Of a stretch of DNA of 64,000 nt, positions 9,908 through 18,047 are shown piece by piece; within the stretch, counting starts at the first letter, position 1; each line of letters opens with the position of its first letter. This DNA is from Candidatus Cloacimonadales bacterium. Lineage in GTDB: Bacteria; Cloacimonadota; Cloacimonadia; Cloacimonadales; JAFGVF01. The notes below the pieces were generated by a model. The model worked only from the letters and a program-made list of their open reading frames with translations, was not told the origin of the DNA and ran no database searches. The stretch lies in the NCBI GenBank assembly GCA_963677495.2, contig CAXXOU010000003.1, positions 1 to 64,000 on the forward strand. The letters are read 5' to 3'. Made by a program: the position numbers and the translations under genes.

Positions 9908-12900
9908 ATGAAAAGATGTAGTGTTGTATTAGTTTTAGTTTTACTTGCAATAAGTGGACTTTGGGGACAAAAGAGTTTAAAAGAGCAGTTTGAGGAAGTT
10001 CAAAGTTATAAAGAAGATATTTATAATCGAACTAGGCAGTTCATCCTTGATAATCCTGACAGTCCTAATTTACCGAAACTATATTATAATCTTGCTGAAA
10101 TTAGCACCGGCTTATACCGAGAAACCCCCTCGATTACCTTAAATTGGTATAAGAAGGTTTTAGAAGCAGATCCTGACTTCTACGATAAAGAGGTTATACT
10201 ATATAATATAGCTTACTACAGTTATAAGATTGCTAAAGATAGAATTGATGACAGCAGACCGATTTATGAAGAAAAAAATCCAACTTTTGTAACGTGGCCT
10301 GATTCTCTTAAGTATTCTAATGAAGTCTTCGCAGAAGCTAAAGATTTCTACTCAAAAATCATGAAAGAGTATAGCTATACTGATTATTATGATGAAAGTA
10401 TATTTAAACTTGCTCTTGTGTTCTCTGATATTGCCACAAATGCTGATGTTCCTGTTGATTATTACAAGAAGACTGCAGCTTTCTTATCGATATTGATAAA
10501 CCGTGATGATGAGTATAGTGAAATGCGTATTGATGCACTTTTCCAAAGAGCTTGGGCATATTATCAAATGTCTAATTGGGATAATGCGATTGCAGACTTT
10601 GCTTCAATCTTAAGTAATGATGAAGATTACACTAACCTTTATTATCGTGATTTTGCTGTAGAGAATGTAGCCTACTCTTTAGTAGGAATCGATAGTACTG
10701 ACTATCTTGATTATGCTGAATCAGCTGACATTTTTGTAAATGAGTATGCATCTCTCTTCTCTCCTGAAGTTAATCAAAGAATTTTTGATGAAGTCATAGC
10801 TTTAAAACTTGATTTGAATGCTCCTATGCAAGCCGCTGATTACTATTTGGCAAGAATATCTAATGACCCATTAGACATTAACAACCCAACGTATATTGAT
10901 TCTGTATTAAATTTGTATTCTACGTATGCAAGTTACATTCGAGAAGGCAAAGAATATAGAGATGTAGTAAAGGAAAAATCACAGTATTCAATTGATACTT
11001 ATGGTTTTGATAGTGATTGGTATAATGAGAATAGAGACAATCCTGATTTTATGGATTACTTCAACTCAATAAGAGATAAATTTGAACGTCTTGAAACCTT
11101 TTACAGTAATGATTTAATAAAATCAGCTTCTGTAGAGAATTATAGAAAATATATTGATTTGATTAATGCTTATGCAGAAGTTCCAGAATTCACAGATAAT
11201 GTAGGTGTTGCCTGGCTCACTGATAAAAGTGACAAAATGATCAACTTTGGATTCAATCTTGCAGAGAATACCGGTCAGACTGAATATTATCTTTTTACAC
11301 AAAACTTAATTCTAACACAAGAGTCTGCTTCCGCTGACACAACAGTTGATTATAATAAGGAATACATGCTCTTTTCCGCAACAGATTATGCATATAATAA
11401 GCTAAGTCCTGTTGTTACTGATTCAACATATTTTGATCAGATTAACAACATTGAAATCAATAAACCGTTACTGGATAGTATGTATGTTGCCGGAGCTAGT
11501 AGGTTTTATGATGTTATTACAAGTGAAGAATTCTATACAGAAGATCAAGATGAAACAATTAAAAGTATCTTATGGAACAGAAGCATTATCAATGGTGAAC
11601 TGGAGAAGGATGATTTAGTAATCACCGACTTGAATAAGCTACTTGATTATCAGAACGATAAAACTAAAACAAGAGATATTTATGTTATACTAGCCCAGTT
11701 GCATGAAAAGAAATCAGAGTTTGATAAATCTGAGATTTATTACTCTGAAGCTACAAAATTCGCTAATGATGAAGAAGATGCGAAAGAGCTTGAACAAAGC
11801 TATCTTGCTCAGATTGATAAAAGTGTAAATCAGTTAGCAGATACTTCTGATTTTATTTCAGCTGCTGAAGAGCAGATCCGCTTGGCTTCTAAATTTGACG
11901 TTACAACTGATAAAGATCGAGTATATGACCTTAAAGATAAGGCACGTGACCTTTATTTTAAAGGTGGTGATTACCAAAAATCAATAGATATACTTCTTGA
12001 AAATGCTGAGCTCAAAACTGAGCTTACCGATATTCATGCTTTATATTACAATGCTTGGGCAATTGCTGACACTGTTTTAGCTGACTCTGCTCAAGTTGTA
12101 TCTATACAGAATAGATTCGTGGATAAATTCCCTGCATCAAATGAGTCATTTACGATTATTCTCGGTCAACTTAAAGACAAAGAGAACACTAGTACTTTAC
12201 AGTACGATGCTGCATTAGGTTACTTAGATTTGCACGAAGTAGCCAAAGCGAACAAAATAGATATTGGTGAAAACAAAACTGAAGATATCTATAAAATGGC
12301 TTTAAACATCTACCTTAAAGATGAGACAGCAAATCAAGATACTCTGATAACTCTGATGAGTAACTTTGAAAAAATCTATCCAGATGACCCTAGTTCGATG
12401 GATTATTTGAAATTCATAGCTAAAATTTATTTAGATTCTGATGAAGATAAATATGAGGAGATAGCTCATTACATATACAAGAAAGATCCAACAGTAGATC
12501 TTTATAGTGCTATAGCCTATGATAAGATTGATAAAGTCTCAAAACAGGTTGATAAAGCCTTTAAAGCAGAGAACTGGGATGAGATGACTGCAAAGATTGC
12601 AGAAACTCGAGATTTAGAAGATTATTATGTTAAGAAGGGTGTCAATCTAGAAGCAGTTATGCCAAGTATTAATGAATGGTTTGATTATTATGCTGAAGAA
12701 TACAAAGCTTGGCAAGAATACCAACAGTATCTTAAAGATAGAAAAGAGTTCTTAGCAAGTTATGATAAACGTCTTAAGAGTATCAGAAACTCATGGGTGA
12801 ATGGCAAAGATAGAGATATCTTTAAAGTCAATCATAATACCAAATTTAAAACACACATTTTGGACAAAGGCAGTAGTACTATAACAAAAAATACCAACCG

Positions 12901-14398
12901 AATCCAGAATGTTTTAAAATTAGCCTCAAAGAAAGAAGAAGAGTTAGTTAAACTACTTCAAGAAGCTACAGAGTGGGATATTGATATAGAGAGAAAGGTA
13001 AAGCTTTTTTATACCTCTGGTGAAATTTGGGATCATGCTGCTAAAGTTGTTGAGCGTAGGATGAACTTCTATTATAAAAATTCTAACGAGATGTATAATT
13101 ACAGACAAGCTTCAGGAGCTGATGTTATCAACAATATGATCGATCTGCAGTTCAGACCAATGACTGATGGATTCGTTAACCTTTATAAAGAGGAAGCTCG
13201 AAAGAGATATTTAAGTCTTTATAATGTATTTGTTGATGGTACAGGGTATACAGATGAAAATATAGAAAAAATGTTACCCAAAATAGCAGATTTGACACCT
13301 AAGTTAGATGTTATTGATAATATCCCTGACATCTCATGGTATTCTGAGAATAACTTATTAGCTTCCCAAGACTCACTGATAATTCCTGTTAAGGGCTATC
13401 AGGAAGTAAGTCCTATTGTAACAGAACGTAACCTTTCATTTAGTGGTTATCAACTTAATGCATACAATAGTATTTTCGCTAGCTGTAAGATTAATGCAGA
13501 GATATTACCATCAAAGGCATATGTTCAATTTGCCTATCCTGATACTGCGAATGCGAAATTCTGGGTAAATAACAACATGATAAAACAGATGCCTGTTTAT
13601 GTTGATTCAGTTACAGTTAACGAACAGAAAATACCACATTACCTTTACAAAGTTGATTATAGCTTATTGAAGGAGGGTGAAAACAGTTTTGAAGTAAGAG
13701 CTGAGAATGTTTCTGACACAACTGCTGTACTTTTAGTAAACATGCAAATGGCCTATGATAGTGAAACTCTGATTTATCATAGAACAACTGCTGAAGATAT
13801 GTTTATTTCTGATAATCAATGGAGAATGTCTGATATATATTCCCCAACAGATTCTCTTAGTACTGATTGGATAGCTGTTGAGTCATTTGAACAGATATAT
13901 ACACCTGATAAAGTCTATGACATGGAATCCACAACAGCAAGTTGGATATATTGCACAAATCCAACTATAAGTGACTCTCTTGCAACAAATGTGCCTGAGG
14001 CTGTTGAAACAGTTGTTGACAGTATTCAGGTAGCAGTAGGAGATAGCACTGCAATCAGCGATAGCCTAGCTACTCCGGTTGAGCAGGAAATTTCAGTTCC
14101 AACCTATGTGAAATACTTTAAAAAGGATTTCATAGGGTACGATGAAGTAATAAAAGCGAATATAAATTTTGCTGCTGTAGAGAAAGCTACAATCTGGTTG
14201 AATGGAGTTATGATTTCGGAAGAGATTGAAGCATTTATTGATGATGAGAATAATGCAATATTCTCGAATCCTGTTGAGATTGATCCGGCAAACTTCAATA
14301 ACGATCTTAATTCATTAGTAGTCAAAGTTGAAAGTAGTAAAGAGAAATCAGCGTTATTACTAGAGTTAAACCTTGTTTATAAAAAGGGAGGAGAATAG
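9908..14398 (+). CDS. Large secreted TPR protein (GltD-like position) with C-terminal beta-sandwich domains
   Basis: 1496 aa with a signal peptide and many TPRs (ALFQRAWAYYQMSNWDNAIADF). C-terminal FWVNN...LKEGENSFEVRAEN and ATIWLNG...NSLVVKV beta-sandwiches. Confidence 0.8.
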   Translation: MKRCSVVLVLVLLAISGLWGQKSLKEQFEEVQSYKEDIYNRTRQFILDNPDSPNLPKLYYNLAEISTGLYRETPSITLNWYKKVLEADPDFYDKEVILYNIAYYSYKIAKDRIDDSRPIYEEKNPTFVTWPDSLKYSNEVFAEAKDFYSKIMKEYSYTDYYDESIFKLALVFSDIATNADVPVDYYKKTAAFLSILINRDDEYSEMRIDALFQRAWAYYQMSNWDNAIADFASILSNDEDYTNLYYRDFAVENVAYSLVGIDSTDYLDYAESADIFVNEYASLFSPEVNQRIFDEVIALKLDLNAPMQAADYYLARISNDPLDINNPTYIDSVLNLYSTYASYIREGKEYRDVVKEKSQYSIDTYGFDSDWYNENRDNPDFMDYFNSIRDKFERLETFYSNDLIKSASVENYRKYIDLINAYAEVPEFTDNVGVAWLTDKSDKMINFGFNLAENTGQTEYYLFTQNLILTQESASADTTVDYNKEYMLFSATDYAYNKLSPVVTDSTYFDQINNIEINKPLLDSMYVAGASRFYDVITSEEFYTEDQDETIKSILWNRSIINGELEKDDLVITDLNKLLDYQNDKTKTRDIYVILAQLHEKKSEFDKSEIYYSEATKFANDEEDAKELEQSYLAQIDKSVNQLADTSDFISAAEEQIRLASKFDVTTDKDRVYDLKDKARDLYFKGGDYQKSIDILLENAELKTELTDIHALYYNAWAIADTVLADSAQVVSIQNRFVDKFPASNESFTIILGQLKDKENTSTLQYDAALGYLDLHEVAKANKIDIGENKTEDIYKMALNIYLKDETANQDTLITLMSNFEKIYPDDPSSMDYLKFIAKIYLDSDEDKYEEIAHYIYKKDPTVDLYSAIAYDKIDKVSKQVDKAFKAENWDEMTAKIAETRDLEDYYVKKGVNLEAVMPSINEWFDYYAEEYKAWQEYQQYLKDRKEFLASYDKRLKSIRNSWVNGKDRDIFKVNHNTKFKTHILDKGSSTITKNTNRIQNVLKLASKKEEELVKLLQEATEWDIDIERKVKLFYTSGEIWDHAAKVVERRMNFYYKNSNEMYNYRQASGADVINNMIDLQFRPMTDGFVNLYKEEARKRYLSLYNVFVDGTGYTDENIEKMLPKIADLTPKLDVIDNIPDISWYSENNLLASQDSLIIPVKGYQEVSPIVTERNLSFSGYQLNAYNSIFASCKINAEILPSKAYVQFAYPDTANAKFWVNNNMIKQMPVYVDSVTVNEQKIPHYLYKVDYSLLKEGENSFEVRAENVSDTTAVLLVNMQMAYDSETLIYHRTTAEDMFISDNQWRMSDIYSPTDSLSTDWIAVESFEQIYTPDKVYDMESTTASWIYCTNPTISDSLATNVPEAVETVVDSIQVAVGDSTAISDSLATPVEQEISVPTYVKYFKKDFIGYDEVIKANINFAAVEKATIWLNGVMISEEIEAFIDDENNAIFSNPVEIDPANFNNDLNSLVVKVESSKEKSALLLELNLVYKKGGE

Positions 14399-14616
14399 TG
14401 AAAAAAAGAGTTCTTTCTGTTATATTACTAGCTTGTGCGTTTTCATTAATGACATCAGCTCAGACTACCTTTACAGAAACAGAAGTTTTTGAAGCTGAAG
14501 TTCGAAAAGCCCCCAAAATTGAATCAAATCTTCTTCGCAAGGAGACTGAATACAAAAATAAGTATCATAAATTTCTTCTAATGAAACTTAAAGAATCAAA
14601 TAGAAATTTATATTAG
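14398..14616 (+). CDS. Small secreted protein, GltF-like
   Basis: GTG start overlaps the upstream TAG; RBS GGAGG; signal peptide; 72 aa; FTETEVFEAEVRKAP motif; lies directly before the motor genes. Confidence 0.7.
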   Translation: MKKRVLSVILLACAFSLMTSAQTTFTETEVFEAEVRKAPKIESNLLRKETEYKNKYHKFLLMKLKESNRNLY

Positions 14617-14631
14617 AAAAAAGGAGTAAGC

Positions 14632-15366
14632 ATGAAGAGTAAGAAATTAGTTTTAGTTGCATTACTGGTATTAATGGGAGTATCATTATTTGCACAAGCT
14701 GCCGGTGGATTAGATTTTGCCTCAGTATGGAAAGAATCAGCATTCTGGGCATATATTATCCTCGGCTATCTTATAATTGCTATAGTTTATGGATTCGTAA
14801 AATTCAAAAAACTTTTCCTCGATGAGAAAATTGATACCCGTAATTTCTATCTGAAATTACAAGGGTATGTTAAATCAGAAAACTACAATGAAGCTATCAA
14901 GATTTCAGAAGCGTTCAAGAAAACAACACTTGGATTTATCTTCTGGAGTGGTTTAAAAGTGTTCGTTGACCAACAGAAAAGTGGAGTTCAAGGTAAAGAA
15001 CTGAAACGTTCAGTTCAAAGAGCTTTTGACGAAGCATCACTTCAGAAGATTCCTAAAATCGAATCTGGTCTTTTCTGGTTTGAAATCTTAGCTAACATTT
15101 CAACTCTTACCGGTCTTCTTGGTACTATTTACGGTCTTATCTTGGCGTTTAGTGCTCTAGAAGGTAAAGTTGGTTCAGAGCAGCAAGAAGCACTTACTGG
15201 TGGTATTAAAGCTGCGATGGGTACAACAGGTATGGGTCTTATTGTGGCTATTCCAACTACAATTATCCAGGGTGCCCTTAGAAACAGAGCTGAAAAAATC
15301 ATGAATGACATTGATGAATACAGTGTTAAAATGATTAATAAGATTAACGCAAACATTAAGGAATAA
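14632..15366 (+). CDS. MotA/TolQ/ExbB proton-channel protein (AglR-like)
   Basis: LANISTLTGLLGTIYGLILAF...GIKAAMGTTGMGLIVAIP channel motifs. Confidence 0.92.
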   Translation: MKSKKLVLVALLVLMGVSLFAQAAGGLDFASVWKESAFWAYIILGYLIIAIVYGFVKFKKLFLDEKIDTRNFYLKLQGYVKSENYNEAIKISEAFKKTTLGFIFWSGLKVFVDQQKSGVQGKELKRSVQRAFDEASLQKIPKIESGLFWFEILANISTLTGLLGTIYGLILAFSALEGKVGSEQQEALTGGIKAAMGTTGMGLIVAIPTTIIQGALRNRAEKIMNDIDEYSVKMINKINANIKE

Positions 15367-15368
15367 TA

Positions 15369-15893
15369 ATGGCATATAGACCGTCTCAAAGTAGAAGCAA
15401 CAAAGCTTCTCACTCTACTGATCCGCCAAACCTTGTGCCGATCATGAATCTCTTTTTGACAATCATCCCCATGTTACTTCTCATGGTTGTGTCCGTGCAA
15501 GTAACACTTCTAGCCCTGAATTTCTCAGGTGCTGATGCAGGAGGTTCAGGAGACGGTGGAGGCGGTGACGAAGAAAAGATTTATGCGGTTGATTTAATCA
15601 TTTATAATGATGAGGTCGACGGTAAATTTACCCGCGGAATCGAAATTAAAGAAGAGCTTAATAGTAAAAATAAGTTCATCGATGAATTCGATTATGTAGA
15701 ATTAGATGAATACCTTAATGGAGTTAAGAAAAGGAATCCAGAGCAAGAGACTATCAAGATTACTCCTTATGATAATGTCAAATATGAGCATTTGCTGAGA
15801 GTTATTGATATTTGCAAAATGCCTACTGAAGAAGGCAAAACAAGATTCCCGGACGTTGCATATCAACGTCGTAAACTCGTTCAAATGCAATAG
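15369..15893 (+). CDS. ExbD/TolR family protein (AglQ-like)
   Basis: PNLVPIMNLFLTIIPMLL TM segment; periplasmic ITPYDNVKYEHLLRVIDIC. Confidence 0.85.
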   Translation: MAYRPSQSRSNKASHSTDPPNLVPIMNLFLTIIPMLLLMVVSVQVTLLALNFSGADAGGSGDGGGGDEEKIYAVDLIIYNDEVDGKFTRGIEIKEELNSKNKFIDEFDYVELDEYLNGVKKRNPEQETIKITPYDNVKYEHLLRVIDICKMPTEEGKTRFPDVAYQRRKLVQMQ

Positions 15894-15904
15894 CAGAGGT
15901 GCAT

Positions 15905-16468
15905 ATGTTAAGATTAAGAAACTTTGAACTTGAAGAAGATTTTGAAGATGAAGGTTATGCACGTGCTAAAACCCCAAAAGGTAAAGTCAAACAGCTGAAT
16001 ATTACTTCTCTGGTTGATATCCTTACTATTCTACTTGTTTTCCTGATTAAAAATGTGAATATGACTGCTCAGGTTCTTAGCCAACCTAAGGGTCTGGAAT
16101 TTCCTACTACTCTTACTCAAGAGAAGTATGATGAAAGCTCTAATAGAACACTTCTAGTTAAAGTTTATCCGGATAATATTTATGTTGGTACTGATAACAC
16201 TCCTGTTGGTTCAATTGATCAGATAGTTAATGATCAAGCAACAAGAGAAAATCTCAAAATATACCTTGAAGCAGAAGCGGAGACGATTGTGAAAACTAAT
16301 CCTGATTTGTCTCCTCTGTTAATTATTCAAGCAGACTATTCTATTCCATGTCAAATTATAACTGAACTTGTCTATATCGCAGCTAAAGCGAAGTTTTCTA
16401 ATATTTACTTTGCTTCCCAGCACGATGATAACAAAGACAGTGTTCTTGGCATGCCTTCGAAAATTTAG
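15905..16468 (+). CDS. ExbD/TolR family protein (AglS-like)
   Basis: LNITSLVDILTILLVFLIKN TM with the conserved Asp; LIIQADYSIP...AKFSNIYFA. Confidence 0.88.
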   Translation: MLRLRNFELEEDFEDEGYARAKTPKGKVKQLNITSLVDILTILLVFLIKNVNMTAQVLSQPKGLEFPTTLTQEKYDESSNRTLLVKVYPDNIYVGTDNTPVGSIDQIVNDQATRENLKIYLEAEAETIVKTNPDLSPLLIIQADYSIPCQIITELVYIAAKAKFSNIYFASQHDDNKDSVLGMPSKI

Positions 16469-16479
16469 AGGAGAAGATT

Positions 16480-17967
16480 ATGAGTGAAAAAGTATTAAGA
16501 ATGCGCCTCTATTTTCGCGGGAAACAGATTAATTACGCTGCATCCATTGGTAATAAAGAATCATTGATAGCAAACAAAATGTACCTCGGTAACAATAGTG
16601 GTATGTTTTGGCAGATCATAGATCCTAAATTCCCTGATAAACACCTTTTTGTTGTTAAACAAAATAATACCTTCAATATCATGCTGACTAAAAATATGAA
16701 GCTTGATATTAAAAAAGGAGATGACCAGGAATTATCATTGGATGAATTAAAGAAGAAAAACCTTCTTAACGGTAATAAACTTGTACTTTCTCCGGAAACA
16801 AGTGGAACAATTCATCTTAACGATGATTATGAAGTATCTTATAGTTTTGGTAATCCATATGTTCCTACATATACAAAACAGCAAGAAACTATTATTAAAC
16901 AGTATCATCGTTTTGAAGAGTTAACATCAGAAGCACGTTTTACTAGAAATTTCATTATTATTGCAATGATCATTTCTTTTATAGGAATGGCAATATTCAG
17001 TAGAACATATCAACCCCCGATTGTTGAAAATACTCTTGAAAACAGACTTGCAGCTATCAGAGAATCTCAAGCTGCAACTAAATCTCAAATTGGTACTAGT
17101 TTTTCGGATCTTGAGCAAGGAACCGCACAAACTGCCGAAGCTGAAGAAGTACCTGAAGAAGTTGTCGATGAAGGTCCAAAAATTGCAGACATGTCTGCAG
17201 GAGAGAAGAGTGCTGCGGCTGCTGCAATGGCACAATCTTTGCTTGGATTTGATGTTTCAGAGACTCAAGATTTAGTTGAAGTGCAAGGACCTGCATTTGC
17301 TGTAACATCAGAAACAATCGTTGCTGCTGCTGCCGGTGGCGGTGGTGGTGGTAAAGGTAAAGGAAAGGGAAAAGGAAAACCTAAAGGTGGACCTGGTTCC
17401 GGTCCTGGAGTTGGTGGCGGAGCAGGTGGACTAGATAATTCTGCTCAAGTACTTGCATCAGTTGGTGGAGCTTCTCTTATGACTCAATCAGAGCTTAAGG
17501 GTGCTGCATCTGCTATCACTGATCTTTCTCAACTTGCAGGTGGTGGTGCTGCCATTACAGCAGGTAACGTAAAAGTTCTAAGTGGTAAAACAGCTGTTGC
17601 TATGATTGCTAATTTCAAAGCAAGAAATATCAAAGTAGTCACTGAAGAAGGTCCTAAAGAAGATCTTACTCCACAAGCTAAAGGTAACTATGCAAAGATT
17701 GAACGTTTTGTGCAGATGCGTAAAAAACAAATCATTGCATTATATTCCAAAGAAAGACAGATTCAGAACATTTACGGTATTCTCAATGTCACAATTGAGG
17801 TTGATGTGAATGGTAAAATTGTCGAAGCTGGTGTTGAAGGAACAGCAGAGAGCGTATTTACTCCTGATTTCCTTAATAAAGCTAGAGACATTGTACTTGG
17901 TTGGAAGTTCCCTATGAAACTTAAAGAATCTCTTGGTTACGGATTTAAGCTTATGCTTCGTAGCTAA
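16480..17967 (+). CDS. GltG/AgmX/PglI-like TonB-type energy transducer
   Basis: Cytoplasmic beta-rich (FHA-like) N-domain, one TM, acidic then Gly/Lys-rich linker, C-terminal IERFVQMRKKQIIALY...GILNVTIEVDVNGKIVEA...WKFP (TonB_C/AgmX-C-like). Confidence 0.78.
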   Translation: MSEKVLRMRLYFRGKQINYAASIGNKESLIANKMYLGNNSGMFWQIIDPKFPDKHLFVVKQNNTFNIMLTKNMKLDIKKGDDQELSLDELKKKNLLNGNKLVLSPETSGTIHLNDDYEVSYSFGNPYVPTYTKQQETIIKQYHRFEELTSEARFTRNFIIIAMIISFIGMAIFSRTYQPPIVENTLENRLAAIRESQAATKSQIGTSFSDLEQGTAQTAEAEEVPEEVVDEGPKIADMSAGEKSAAAAAMAQSLLGFDVSETQDLVEVQGPAFAVTSETIVAAAAGGGGGGKGKGKGKGKPKGGPGSGPGVGGGAGGLDNSAQVLASVGGASLMTQSELKGAASAITDLSQLAGGGAAITAGNVKVLSGKTAVAMIANFKARNIKVVTEEGPKEDLTPQAKGNYAKIERFVQMRKKQIIALYSKERQIQNIYGILNVTIEVDVNGKIVEAGVEGTAESVFTPDFLNKARDIVLGWKFPMKLKESLGYGFKLMLRS

Positions 17968-17979
17968 GAAACTAATATT

Positions 17980-18015
17980 AAAAACAGCTTTGCAATTGCA
18001 AAGCTGTTTTTTTTT
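17980..18015 (+). terminator. Rho-independent terminator
   Basis: AAAAACAGCTTTGC-AATT-GCAAAGCTGTTTTT followed by a T-run. Confidence 0.85.
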
Positions 18016-18047
18016 GACTTTTAATTACGTATCCCATTAATTGATTT

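Noticed and set aside
14632..17967. Canonical TonB-ExbBD or Tol-Pal locus
   Set aside because: No receptor, tolB or pal; there are two divergent ExbDs, a transducer with a large cytoplasmic domain, and giant TPR partners.
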